62,348 nucleotides of DNA, filler included, from Sluysia triapertura (GCA_046118255.1; 5 parts of 5 records of this genome joined end to end with filler, not necessarily neighbours in it), one strand, 5' to 3'; shown: positions 12,000 to 25,460, counted from the first letter of the whole stretch. Program-made: numbers and translations. The notes: generated by a model not told the origin, from the sequence alone.

Positions 12000-12192
12000 T
12001 CAATGACAATGGCAGTTCAGCCTACATATGTAATTCGGTGTCATTGTTAATGCTGGTTACCAGTACTATTGATTCAAACAGCAGTAATTTGATCAATTAT
12101 TTCAATTAAGTAGATTAACTGTTCCTATTGGCTGTCCAACCAAATCAATTATCACACTGTTTGCTTTTAAGCGATTCTGATTGGATAACAAA
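12000..12192 (+). promoter_or_regulatory. Double-hairpin / CCAAT-rich repeat E, copy 2
   Basis: GACAATGGCA..TGTCATTGTT hairpin, then ATTGGCTGTCCAACCA..TGATTGGATAAC. Confidence 0.45.
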
Positions 12193-12396
12193 TTATGAGT
12201 ATTGTGATCATCAAAAACTTTTATTCACAATTATTTTTAACTGAGCACAAATTATTGGCAAAAAATTACTGATCACTTTTTCAATTTTTAATCAACTTCG
12301 CTTCTCAAGAATGTATAGTTGGCAGAAAATTTTCAACAATTTAACAGCTCAATTTATTTTGTGAAGACTTCAACTATAAATAATATAAATATATTC

Positions 12397-12835
12397 ATGT
12401 TTTCTCTTAAATCTGAATGTCATGAAGAATCAATAAACGACAATGACGTTAACAAAGACAATAAAGTAAATGACAAAGTGGCTACCTGTCATAATGATGC
12501 TAACAATGAGTTTAAAGTTTATAAAAATGATCATTATAAAGTTGAATAATAAAAAGATGATAGCAATGATGTGAAGCATTATAAAGACGATAAGTATAGC
12601 GTTGAAGAATATAAAGACTACAATATTAATATTAATAATAATATTAAGCACTACAAAGATGATGATTGTAAAGTCAAACGTAACAATAATCATCACCACG
12701 AAGTTAATGTAAGTAAACAAGATGCTTACAAAGCTAAAATGATCGCCCTTTGCTCATTCTCCACAGATAATTATGGAGTGTGCATAAAGAATGGAGTTAA
12801 TTGCTGTTAAACCCATACGGCCTGCGAATCAGAAA
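12397..12835 (+). pseudogene. Unkempt-type CCCH zinc-finger pseudogene, copy 2, with HYKDD repeats
   Basis: ORFs 12319-12549 and 12571-12810 are one frame split by TAA TAA; it ends YKAKMIALCSFSTDNYGVCIKNGVNCC*THTACE; shares a downstream acceptor/exon AG|ATAGCGGA (12955) with copy 1 (7991). Confidence 0.6.
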
Positions 12836-13211
12836 CTAAAGAATTAGTCGAGAGGCTTAGTTTCTGGACAAGGATACCTTTTGGCAATAAATCTATTATG
12901 AAATTAATTCACTTACTCATTGTAATAATATTATAAATAATGTTTTTTCTTCAGATAGCGGAACAGTGACACACACAGAAGATCGAGCTTAACATTTATA
13001 ATTTTTATGAATAGCAATTAATATACATGTTGTGTTTTATCTCTTGACAAGATTTTAAGGAGTATGCACAATTTTTAATTATAAAGAATAAACAAATGAA
13101 ATTTAATGAATGTTTTGCATATTTATTAAATAAATACTGTAATAATACTGGCGATTGTACATACACTGTAACAGATGTTAAGAATTAGACATTATTATTA
13201 GTGCAGGCTTT

Positions 13212-13311
13212 NNNNNNNNNNNNNNNNNNNNNNNNNNNNNNNNNNNNNNNNNNNNTTAATTAATTAANNNNNNNNNNNNNNNNNNNNNNNNNNNNNNNNN
13301 NNNNNNNNNNN
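13212..13311. other. Artificial contig spacer
   Basis: N44-TTAATTAATTAA-N44 (stops in six frames). Confidence 0.99.
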
Positions 13312-13351
13312 GGCCGTTAATTCAGTAAGACCAAGACGTTGGTGAACTCAC
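13312..13351 (-). ncRNA. Motif M copy 3 (truncated by contig edge)
   Basis: rc GTGAGTTCA CCAACG TC TTGG TCTTAC TGAATTAA CGG CC. Confidence 0.5.
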
Positions 13352-13509
13352 CTCTTAAGTTACATTTATTCTCGCAGAATAGACATACTTTTTAATTACA
13401 CTTATCTTTCAATTATATTTTGCACCAATAAGAAAGTAACTTTAGCAAAATACATTCAAAATTATACATTCTTTTATACCTCCACCACTTGCATTTTTCT
13501 TTAAAAAAG

Positions 13510-13566
13510 GCTAACATGTATGCATCGGCCCTTAAGTACGTAAGCCCGGTGTCTTAGAGGACTCAC
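13510..13566 (-). ncRNA. Motif M copy 4
   Basis: rc GTGAGTCC TCTAAG ACA CCGG GCTTAC GTACTTAA GGG CCGA TG CATACA; close homolog of 30726. Confidence 0.5.
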
Positions 13567-13883
13567 TAATACTTATATATAAGCCAAAATATATTATTGT
13601 TTTTTGAATCAAATTCTCAAATAATACTTGATATTTCTTTTTCTGTCTTGATATAGAAAAGTATGATAAAATATTTTATAATATTGAATGTTTATTTCAA
13701 TCTTAAAACCAATTAGTAACAAATTGAAAGAATTTATTTCATTATTATTCCAAAATTTACATTATCATTGAATGAATTAAATGTTGGTTTAAAATAAAAC
13801 TTGATTTCATTATGAGATATAAATAATCGTGTAATTTTATCTAATGCTTTACAAAAGGGAAGGACCTCCCCCAATTATTGAAC

Positions 13884-13937
13884 TTAACTCCTTAACGCGC
13901 AGAAACGTATTAACACGGGCGTGCATTAAGGGGTTAA
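13884..13937. mobile_element. Minimal piggyBac-like element
   Basis: TTAA-CTCCTTAA...TTAAGGGG-TTAA (TTAA target sites, inverted termini); related end TTAACCCCCTTAA at 10743. Confidence 0.45.
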
Positions 13938-15124
13938 TAAAGACAAAGAATTCTTTCTTCACAAATTATTTACGCATTAAAAATTAACTTGATAAAAAAA
14001 TATATTATAAACGCTTACTAAAATGTTTAACTACAAATTTAATTAATAAGCGTTACATCAACACCTTGAACAGCAATGTAATCATCTCAATTCTGGTATT
14101 TACCTTTCTTTTACAAGAATTGTAGTTCAAATTTGAACAGAATTTATGAAATTATCATCTGAAAAAAATGAATGCCACACAACAGGTATATCAGTTAATG
14201 GAACTGTTTTCTGTTCCAAACCTTAACACTTTCTAAGAGTCTCATTTAATTTTTAACTCACTGGTGGGTAAATCTTTACATGCACATGAACATAAATTTT
14301 TATCTGAATTTAAACGTATATTATCGAGATAATAAGACAAACCTTTCAGAGCGTCTAAATTGATTTATGTTAAATAATCTTATTCTGTTTGTCAACTTTT
14401 GACAACTAAGCCTTTTAAATTAAACTTAAATTTAATTAAGCTGCTCCAATGAGATGTGTTTTGACAACTTATGTATTTCATTTTTCATTGAGCAGGCAGC
14501 AAAGTAGTTAGTGTTAATGAAATGTCACATTAGTGTTATTGATGATTTAATGATTAACTGATAGCATTGATTATCCTGAGGACTAAAATGATTTGTTTGT
14601 CATTTAAATTATTATTAATATAAATGTTAATATTATTATACTATTTATTATTGAAATTATTTTTATTATTTTAAAAGCTATTATTATTAAAATCAAAATA
14701 AAGCTAAATTGTCATAATTGCGTTACACTATAACATGCTATAAGAATTGAATTGAGCCATGTTAAAAATAAGGACAAGGTTCTTTTTGTTTTTAGATTAT
14801 TTTACTGACAGGTTTTTGTTACGCTCTTTGAGATCTTAAGCGTTTTTGAGAACTTAATAAATTTAGAATTTCTAAAGCTGTAATAGTTAGAGTTATAGAA
14901 TGATATTGAATAGTATAACGTAAACTGTTGAAAGACTTCTGGTAATTTTTTTTGAATAATATTATTTATTACAAACTTTATAATTGAATAGCTTGAAATC
15001 AAAATGCTTTAATAAGTAATGCTGCGAATTAAATAGTAAAGTATTGATTGCCAAACAGAATTTACAAAGGAATACAGAATGATCCAAAGACATGTGATAA
15101 CAAGATTAATTTATTGAATTAGAT

Positions 15125-15416
15125 CAGCCATGTCCAACCCAAATTACTCTTCGGGCCAAAATTTAGGAATGTACAAGGCACTAGGCCGCTACTCACTTGA
15201 ACAAAAAAATTTCAATTGTAGCGCACACTCGCGCTCAAATGAGATACGTACACACAAATTAACATGTACGCAGATATACACAAAAATATATAGGTATTTT
15301 AGTAAATTACAGCAGATATTTAATATGAAACTTATTTATTATCGATTATTAAAATTTAAATATTAATTTGTGTGATTTCCTTTTTTTGTTATCGGGCCGC
15401 ACGTTGGACATGGCTG
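15125..15416. mobile_element. Complete non-autonomous hAT (Buster/Charlie-type) MITE, 292 bp
   Basis: 14-bp perfect TIR CAGCCATGTCCAAC / GTTGGACATGGCTG with perfect 8-bp TSD AATTAGAT (15117-15124, 15417-15424). Confidence 0.93.
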
Positions 15417-16465
15417 AATTAGATTGTAATTTAAGCTGATTTATGGTATTTTATGAGTTATCAAGTGATTATATGCTGTTGTAGAAATAAAATCGTATAC
15501 TATGGAGTGATCCCCTATATGTATAAATAAAATAAAAATTCTACAATTCCATAAATATTTTGAGTTTTTTAATAATACTAATTTTAAAACATATAAAACT
15601 AATAGTTCTCTTAATAATAGTCATTGTTTTATTAACAAAAATAAGCACATATCACTAAAATGAAATAATATTCTTTTTAGTTATGCATAATATAATTTCA
15701 TTTGTTTTATATATCTATTGTGTTTTTTCTATTCATTTTTATTTACTAAACAATTAAACTGTTTTTAATATATCTATTATCAATTTATGCTTCATAATAG
15801 ACCTTTAATAAGGAGATATTATGTTTCTGGAACAAAAGAAAATTACAATAACAATTGTTTTATTATTCTAGTTTAATGATATTTCAATATTTCAATTTTC
15901 GTAAATAAGAATTAACATGTTTGAATTGTACACAAAAAATGAAGTATTTCTTGTTATTAAAATTTATTTATAGTTTTAAATTTGAATAAAGAACTAAAAA
16001 TACCTAATTTTATAATGTAATATTTAATATTATTATATTATTTATTGTTATTGAATACATTGCAAAGTCATGCTCTTTAAATGAATAAAATTAAAATTTA
16101 TGTTACAAAAAATAACAAAATTTCGTTCTGCTACTAGTCCACGATAAATTTATTAATGATAATTATAAAAAGGATGTTTAGTCAACATTTTCTTGAAGGA
16201 TTAGGTGTAAACAAGAGTGTCAATCGTTGATAAATTATACTTGTTAATTAGTCATGTTTGTGATAATTGAATGATATTTTGAAATGAAAAAGACGGAAAG
16301 AGAAAATATTTCAAAAGATTTAACTTCCTAAAGTATAAAAATACACTGATTTAATTTTATTAAAATTATTTCGACTCACTCATAATGCAAGCCTGTATTT
16401 TATAAAGGAAACTTTACGTATTTATTTCTCACTAATGACGCCTTGCAAAATTTGATTTTCACTTA

Positions 16466-16543
16466 TGGGTTCACCTATAATATACGCTTTACGTTACATA
16501 CGCTATAATATACGTTATATTTAATGACGTACCTACGGGATTT
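16466..16543 (+). ncRNA. Motif M copy 5 (loop expanded by internal duplication)
   Basis: TGGGTTCA CCTATAA TA TACG CTTTAC ... TGA CGTA C CTACGGG ATTT; motif C follows at about 16752. Confidence 0.45.
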
Positions 16544-18099
16544 AAATATCTGGCAACTACGTTATGGCAGAAGATTCTGAGGGTTATTGTTCAAATTTTA
16601 AAGACAATTAAAGCTTATTGATTTATTTTTTATGCATCGACAACAAATATAAAATATCATAATATTATCTAAATAAAATTTACAATATAATGAATAGATA
16701 AATAGTTAATAAACACTTTATTTAATATAAAAATATGTAATTTTAAGAATAGATTTTATGACTGGCTTAAGTCAGCTAAAAATTGTACAGATAATGTAAG
16801 TAGAATATTTCGCTTTACTTTCACTAATGTATTTAATTTGTTTTTATGATTTCAGCAAGTTTTTCCAACTTTCACAAATTGTTAACGAACGATATGTGTG
16901 ATTTCTAATAGAGTATTCGTAGTATTTTTATTTTTATTTCCGAATAATTTTGTCCGTACGCATAGATATATAAAATAATTCGTAAATTACATTTTATTTT
17001 ATGTGGTTAAATAAATCGCATTTCATTAAAATTATTATTTGTTAAATTTGTGGTTATTAAAATCATTATAAAAAATTTTTAAATTTTGTACAGTTTTCTC
17101 TACACTCTGACATAAATAATGAAATACAATGAAATATAATGAAATATAATGCACTCTTTATTTCCTCCTGACAAAATGAAATAATTTTTGTCGCATCAGT
17201 TACAAAAATTAAGTGTTTTTATAACTGTTTCAGCTTATTTCGAATATTTAAATTCATAATTATTGCTACTAAAAATAACTAGTTGAAACCAACACATATC
17301 TTTACTGGTATCTTTATTTTAAAATTCATCTTCCTGATATCATGTGTCAAAGCTATTTTGCTAAATTTTATCAGTGTCTGTGAGAAATAATTATGGTCCA
17401 CGATTTATTAAATTATTTATGTTTGAAAGATAAATGAAAGTATGTTCTGACATTTATGATGTCTGTTAAGTTTTACTGCAAATATGATAAAAAAATTTAA
17501 TCAACTTAATATGATGTTACACATACACACTTCCAATTGGATAAAAAATAATTGATAAAGGGATGTATTTTAAAAAATCTGAAACAAGTTTCATATCATA
17601 ATTTTAGTTAAAACATTTTGCTACTGCAATTTATCAATTCTTTGCCCGCCATTTTTAATTTGGATCCACGAAATATGACTACATTAAGATGTAGCTAATG
17701 AATTTACACTAAATCAAAATGATCCAATCAGCACATAATAAACTTAATATTAACCAATTGAATTTTATTCTATTTGTCGAGTTTTGATATTTATTAATTA
17801 ATTACAGATTAACACACTTCCTGTTCTCATAAAATTACAAATTGTTATAAGAATAACTTTAGTATTTTATTAATTTTTTGAAACCATCTGTTTATATTTT
17901 ATAGGGATATTAACATTATATTCGAACTACCTCAGTCGATCAAGTTCTGTGACCTTGAGATGAACAACAATTGTCGGAAATGAATGAATAGTTACGGTAT
18001 GCATCAATTTCAAGTACGACATATTTTTAAATCGTCGGCTAATTTTACGGAATTTGAAATAAAATGAAATAACACATCACTTTTTATCAAATTTTCACA

Positions 18100-18570
18100 C
18101 GATTTAAATAAGTGGATAAACTCTTTTTGCTTCCAACGCTAGTCTACAAAGCTCATGTTAATGCGGGACCTTTTGATTGGTTGGTGATATGTTAGTTATT
18201 TGTGCAAATGAAAGCGACGCAGTAGCAAATTCTTCACTTTTATTACTTCATCGTCCCTTTCGGACAAAGTTGATATTGTTTATTAACTTATGTAAAATAT
18301 ATTAATGCGCATTTATTTTTAGTTCTATTCCTAGATTTTATTTGTTCACGAAGATGGTAAGCCTATTTGTCATCGATAATTCGTACTTGAAGTACTAAAC
18401 TATGCAGATTTTCAAGAATTTGTGCTCTTAGATTCTGTGATATTGTTTCATTTATTTCCGTTGTGTTCGTGCCATTATTGCAATACTAATAGGATATTAT
18501 TACTTCATTAGTTATCAAGAGAGCATTTGTTAAAGACAGTACTTTAACATCATTAAAGTAAATATTTTAA
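18100..18570 (+). pseudogene. Probable tyrosine recombinase pseudogene (Crypton/DIRS/virus-type), possibly intron-containing
   Basis: Ordered decayed motifs LFASNASLQSS..LVGDML (box I, Arg position is CAA), VPF/KVD, LFVHEDGKP after an AG acceptor, FHLF/RCVRAIIAILIG (HxxR box II), VIKR. Confidence 0.45.
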
Positions 18571-19738
18571 ATTTATGCACGTTATAATGCGATAAGAATA
18601 AAACATAATTATGCTATGTAAAAATTATCTATTTAATTCTAGCTACTAAGTGTTTGAGATTGAAGAAATTTTATTGATCATTTGTTTTTCCTGACAAAGG
18701 AATTGCTCTTTTTATTTAACATCACCGCAGTCGAATCAAAATATTAAATGAACAAAGATGAAAATGTAAATAATTTTTGGTTTTGTTAATCGTTAAATAC
18801 ATGAATGATTAACGTGATACTTAATATCTAAGAAATTGATGGTGTATTTACAAAAGTTATATGATCATTTAAATTTAAGTTCATGATTTATATCAAATTT
18901 GTTGATTTTGTATTAAATCGTACCGGAATAATGATTTCTTTTATTCTTGTCAAGATTTACGAGTATGTTTTGTTCAAGTTGTAACAATAGTAACGTAATA
19001 AAAATAAATTTTAAATAATAATAGTATACACTTATGCATAAACAAAATGACATCTAGGACTTATGAGTAAATTAACAATGTGTCAAAGTTAATTTTGGTA
19101 TAAAGTTATTGAAGAATATTAAATTATTAATTGATAAATGTTCATTAAGATAATAATTATTAACATCGATTATTAAAATATATCTATTTTGGGAAATTAT
19201 TTTTTTGATACCAATTTAGGAAGTTATATTTCAGACGCCAGTTTGAATTATTTAATTTATGAATATGTGATAAATTTTGAGGTTTAATAATATGGTGTTT
19301 ATTTAAAATTTTGGATTCGAGTTCTATAAGTAATTTTAAAGAATTGGATTCGAGTAGTTTACAATAATCTACTATATGTTTCTTAATTGTCATGTTTTTA
19401 ATTAAAGCATTTTTATAGTTAATAGTAAGAAGATGGTTCGTATAATTTGGAATGTATGATTAAGTGATCGATATTTCGATGTAATGCTTGAGTTATTATT
19501 CATCATCATAGTGTTAAATAGAGAGGTTAAATAAAAGTGAAAATTGGCTGCTCTCAGATTTGGAAGCCCGTAAATGACATTTGCTAATATTAGTATGATT
19601 ATTTGTTTATAGTTACAAATTTCATGGAAGATTTTAAATATGATCGCTTTAAGTTTCCAGGTGATTTCTCCCTGCTATCCTTTATAAGAGACAATTAAGT
19701 TAATTATTGATGACGAGTTTTGAATAATTTTATTATCA

Positions 19739-20933
19739 TTAACAAAAGACATTGAATTTAATTGAACAAATTTTATTATATATGAACAAAGGTTTGAATT
19801 CTAAAAAATGTTCTTCTACTAGTTGGAAATTTTTCGATATTACACGTTGCTGCATTGCACAGATCCTAATTTTAAACACGTTATCTAAAAAGTAAAACAT
19901 TATCAATTTAAAATTAAACTTTACATATAATATCTGATTGTGAACTAACTTTATAATAGGTTTCCATGACTTCGTTATACATATAGCTGTTCGAGTAGTT
20001 ACATCTATAATCAATAATGTAGAAATGTATCGACCAGACAAAATTAAGTTAATTCTTTTAATTCGTGAAATATTGAAACATTTTACTATATCTTCTTTTA
20101 TTTTTGAAACTGTCCGTATACTTGACATCCAATTAAGAATCTTCACTGGAATTTTTGATAAACTAAGCATATATATAATATGACTCGCATCTAATGGATT
20201 TGATGAAATTACGAACTCGTCATAGACATGTATAGTGCTCAAGGAAGTTCACAACGAATGATTGATTTCATGGCTACAGATATTTTCTTCTCTAATATTA
20301 CGACTAAATTAATTTTTTCTTTGTGAAATAATGATCTATGCATAGTTGATGAAGGATCCTTTAACACGTTCAGAAATTTCTGTTTGAGATTTCCATTCAT
20401 GTAGACTAACACATTATTTTTGTGGAATTTACGAAGTATGTTCATGGAACTTTTGTCTTTATACAAATTTTCACCAGAATCATTGGATATATCATAGTAA
20501 TTTAATAAAAGAATTATAAACTTTCTAACAAAACGAAAGAGGTTACTTTTAATAGCGTCTGATGTTAAACAATGTATAATTAACTCATTTGCGTTCGTTC
20601 GTGTCGATATTTCAGCATGTGCCTGTTGTAATTCATCATGAGTAAGTGAAACTTTATAACTTCGATATGCATAATATTGGTTGCAGGCATTACTTAGACT
20701 GTTATGAAAGTCTTTATTGTTATAAGTTTCTATGTCATTATCCGATAAGTTTCTAGTTTTACATTATCCGATTGATTGGTTAAGATTTCACAAGTTAGAT
20801 GAAATTTTTGATGAACTTGTTCATTTGTTAATTTTCCTTGTTCTGGTTTAATCGATGAATTTTCAATATAAGAAGGTGACATTCGATGTACATCACTTTG
20901 CACGATATCTAGATCACTATAAATTGTAAATTT
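19739..20933 (-). pseudogene. Decayed ~390-aa ORF of unknown family
   Basis: The 75-aa ORF frame stays open upstream to about 20785; a small tandem duplication (TCGGATAATG..TAGAAACTTA) shifts frame to a segment starting after a TTTTTAG acceptor; a frameshift near 20240 joins the 167-aa ORF. Confidence 0.5.
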
Positions 20934-21109
20934 CTAAAAAATTTATCTATAAAAAATAAGATTTTAGATCAATTTCTCGATATTTAATTTGTTTGACGAA
21001 ATAAATGATAATCTAAGATTAATCTTTTTGAGCGATAATTAAGAACAATCTTTTAATTGTTATTTTTAGCAAATCTTGATTCTATTTTTGTTATTTTTTA
21101 AGCATGACG

Positions 21110-21285
21110 TTATCATTGGTCATCCAATCAGGTCTTTAATAATGATTAAAGCGAATGATAAGTACTGATTAGATGACGTATGATTTAAGTGAGATTATTG
21201 ATCTGATGATTGACCATCATCAGTGTTGGCACTTTAATGAAAAATATAACATATTGTGTCAACACTGGTGATGGTAGTAACCAGT
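21110..21285 (-). promoter_or_regulatory. Double-hairpin / CCAAT-rich repeat E, copy 3
   Basis: rc GGTTACTACCATCACCAGTGTTGACAC..GTGCCAACACTGATGATGGT plus ATTGGTCATCCAATCAG..CTGATTAGATGAC; upstream flank AAAGATCATGT..ATTTATGCGTTTT shared with 7140-7190. Confidence 0.5.
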
Positions 21286-24200
21286 TTAATCGACAATTGT
21301 TTAATTTGAAATTTTTTAGTATTTTAATGATTTGATAATAATAATAATGATAAAACGCATAAATCTTGTCTTTATAAATCTTAACTACATGATCTTTTCT
21401 TTCTAAATCTTGATTTCTTACATATTAAAATAAAATTGAGAAATAAAAACTATTGATATAATGTGAAGGAGCAACGGTAACGTGGTATACTATGCTTCAG
21501 CTATCGTTCTTGCTTCATCATAAGGAAATGAATTTATTAAAGCTGCATTAAATTTATTTTTGAAGATAAAAGGAATGATTTATGTTGTAAGTGAAATGAA
21601 GGATGTTAGAATAAATTCTTGAGATTTATTTAAAGTTTGTAGTTGAAAATAAGGTTTAAGCATTGGATATAATGATTTGGAAGGTTATAGTTTATTGAAT
21701 TTAAAGACAATTACAAAATAAATCTTGGCGTATTTACAATGTTGTAAAATGTTGTTAATAGTTATGTGTAGATGAAATGGGTTTGAATTAGTATAATTGA
21801 TTCGAGATTGTGACATAAATGTTTTCTACGTTTCAGATACTTGTTAATGTTGTTGAATGGTGTTAATGTGTTTGTGATTTAAATATTATATGTTGTGGTT
21901 GTGATTTGGTTTGGGAGGATGACTATTGAGTGAATGTTTGAGAGCATTAGACGAATTGTTTGAGATGAATATGTTGTTGAATTATTATAAATGTCGAATA
22001 TTGTTTATGATGAATCAGTTCATGTAATTCGATAGTGTGAGAAGTGATTGATTTAGATGTTATGTTTTGTGTGAACCACTTGTTGTAATTTGATAATGTT
22101 GAGTGTGATTGTGATTTAAATGTTGTGATGTTTTGGTGAATTTTGAATTATGGGTGTTGGCCACTACACGAGTTACGGTTAGTCCACAGGATTTTAGTTT
22201 TATTTGAAATGGAGGTCAATGATTTTCTTATAATTGGTTTTTCTTACAGTTGAGTTTATGAAAATCTTAATCAATGAAAGCTCGCTATAATTTTCCTCGT
22301 AACTAACAAATTTAGTAAATAGGATTTTTAAGACTTCTCTCTTATTTTAGTAGATTCTTATAAATAGTAGATTCTCTTATAATAGTAGATTCGTGTACTA
22401 ATAATCACGTGTATTCTTTGAAGAATGTTTCTACCGTATAAATTAAAATACACTTAAGTTCGAAAAATGATATTACTGTCGGTTAAATAATTTTTTAATT
22501 TTAGATTATAAATTAAAAAGATCCTTGTAATATCAACTCTTTAATAATGAACACTTGTAAGAATCTCTAAAGTTTATTAATTATAATGTGACAAATTACA
22601 AAAAACTATGTATAAAAATATAAAAGATAATAGCCAAAATAACCGATTATTATTATATAATCCTATTTATATTTTAATAAAAAATATTACAAGGACCGTT
22701 TTAAAAGATCTCTTTAAAAATTAATTACAGATTTTACTTAAATTTTATTTCAACTTAAAATATGAATAAACTTAGAATAAATCCAACTAACGATTGTTCA
22801 AATTTTAAACAAATTAATGATCAACGACTTTGTGACACACGATATCAAAATTCCATGCCTTAGTATATGTGTGTAAGATTATTTTGAACACATTAATTTA
22901 TATATGATTTGTGATCTCGAAAGGTCAAATGAATTTAAATTTGTTCATTTAATGTTTATTTCAAATTTATCATAAACTTTAAAATTTATTATTAAATTAT
23001 TATTGTGATTATTACTATTAATATAATTTACAAAATTTAATCGATATTACATATAATATAATTATTATTAGTATTTATTTTATATTTGCATAAACATACA
23101 CAATAAATATTCAGATGTTAAATTTAGATATTTGATTCAAAATTAGATTTGATATTCGACATTTTGAAAATTTATTTTGCTTGATTTGTCAAACATCTTT
23201 CGAAAGAAATTATTAGAATAATTGTTAGAGTATTATTCACCAATGAGTTGATTATATTAATTATGTTATTTTCATTTGGATATATTGAATATGCTGTGGT
23301 TTTTATAACACTTAACTTACGTCGCAATTCAGTAATTCTTAACTTACAGGTTATCTTAATTATTACTTCGATTCATTTATAAAATCTTGACTTATGAGTG
23401 TAACTAGACTGTACTTTACTGGCCTCCAAATAATGGCTCCTCTTTAATTATGATTTTAAATACTTTTAATGTAATTCTTTATTGTCTACTTGATCTTATA
23501 CTTTCTAAAATTATTCTTTAATGAAAATAAAAATCGAGAAAGTGCTTATATTCACCATGTACAATGTATTAAAAAATTTTTATAACAATATTCTATTACA
23601 CTGATACATAAAATCAGATTAAATAATAAAACAATGATTTAGAGTTAAAGTTAAAACCACATGGGTTTTTCATTTATTTTAATGCAGAAATTTAAATTTA
23701 AGTCTATTTTACCCATCATTAAATCAAGGAATTAAATATGTATTTATATAAATGATTTTGAGATGCTAATTATTATTACCTTACAACAAATAACTTAAAA
23801 AATTCATGAACTAATGGATAAAAATTGATTCCAGTCGAAAGCTGTTGTACTTAAAGGGTACTTAAATATCGGTAGTGTAAATATTAAAAGATCAAGATCA
23901 TCAATAAAACAAATTTAAAGAATTAATTAATAGAAATTAGTTAGTGCAAGTTTTAATGAATTAATTAATTAACATAGACATTAATCAGTGCAAAATTTTA
24001 ATTTTAAATTAGATAAAAAAATTACGTGTAATTATCTTAGATAGAAATCATTATTTTAGAAAATCGAATAATTATAGATGAAAATCGTACTTTTAAAACT
24101 ATTTTACTAAAATTTAATTAATGATTTTGAAAATTTGATTTTTTAATATTATATTGATAAATAGACACATATAAATAGCTGAACATTTTGTTAAATTGAC

Positions 24201-25370
24201 ACAATAGTTAAAGACAAATTTTTTAAAATTTTTAACGAGGAAGACGGTTGACGTTATTTTGGAAAATATCGATAGTGGATAAGTTATTTTGAAGTCGCTT
24301 GAAGAGATTATATTGGATCATTCAAAAAACTGAAATAGACATTTCTTGTTGTAAAGAATCAGTTTTCTATTGGGAAGTTCATTTTTAAAGGATCAGATTC
24401 TATTGGAGTTCATTTTGTTGGGAATAGTCATTTTCGATTTATTGGAAAGGATCAAACTTAATTTTTGACAAGAGGATCAATCGAATTGTAGAAATTAGTA
24501 AGCTATTTATATTAGGTTTACACACGAATAGAACTATGTTAAAATCACACTTAAATTCTTTACATTTGCACTCAAGTATATTTTAAATTCTATGACTAAT
24601 TATAATTTATAAATTATAGAGATGGAAATGCAGTTATTTTATAAGTTCCTTTTATAGGGGTTAACAATCCTATATTAATTCTATATTAAATATGCGTAGT
24701 TGTATATTAAATTAATCGAAAATTTTTTTAGAACCCATGAGGCAAAAAAGGTTCGAAATGTTATTACAAAAGAGACTTCTGATAACATTATTTCAATGTT
24801 TACGACAAAAGGTCAAACAATTCAAGAAATATCTTCATCTCTCCATGTCAAGAAAATTTGTTTCAAGCTTTAGGAGATACACCATACTAAAATTTCAAGG
24901 TCTAAAATGAATATTACAAGAAAAAGGCTCTCTCGTACCCGAAGAACAAAATATTATCGAGAAAATTAATTGTATAAATTTTAGTTATATGTTAATATAG
25001 GATTGCAAAACCCTGTAAATTAAAGTCAAATTTCGAATTAACTTATATTATTCGAAACATAATCTTTTACGTTATGAATACAATAAAAATTTCCACATTA
25101 GAAAAATAATTTTTTTGATAAATTTTTATTTTAAAATATAATGCACTTAATTAAAAATGGGTGCACATTTGTAAAATCCAAAAATTTAATAATATCCAAC
25201 GAATTTAATTATTGTTCCAGCGAACCTCTAATGTTTATGTATTATTTTTTCCTACTTAATTTTCATCATATAATCAGTGCCAAATATTTCAGTTTTTACT
25301 AACTAACCATTTTAACTCGACAATTATTTTTATGCAATGGATCTTACATTATGGCCCTATAGCCAGTTTT

Positions 25371-25460
25371 TTCTATATACTAATTAATTACAATTCATAT
25401 TTCTATATACTAATTAATTACAATTCATATTTCTATATACTAATTAATTACAATTCATAT
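25371..25460. repeat. Tandem repeat, 3 x 30 bp
   Basis: TTCTATATACTAATTAATTACAATTCATAT repeated three times perfectly. Confidence 0.95.

Noticed and set aside
13510-13566. Plus strand CGG-CCC..TAAGC-CCGG..GAGG resembles twister ribozyme P4/L4
   Set aside because: No P1/P2 pairing around the UAA, an extra loop insert, other copies lack GAGG and AAGC, and G-U pairs favour the opposite strand
14050-14480. SWIB-like decayed ORF upstream of the 13566/13351 motif pair
   Set aside because: Similarity too weak to name
25371-25460. CRISPR-like array
   Set aside because: Head-to-tail 30-bp repeats with no spacers and no cas genes
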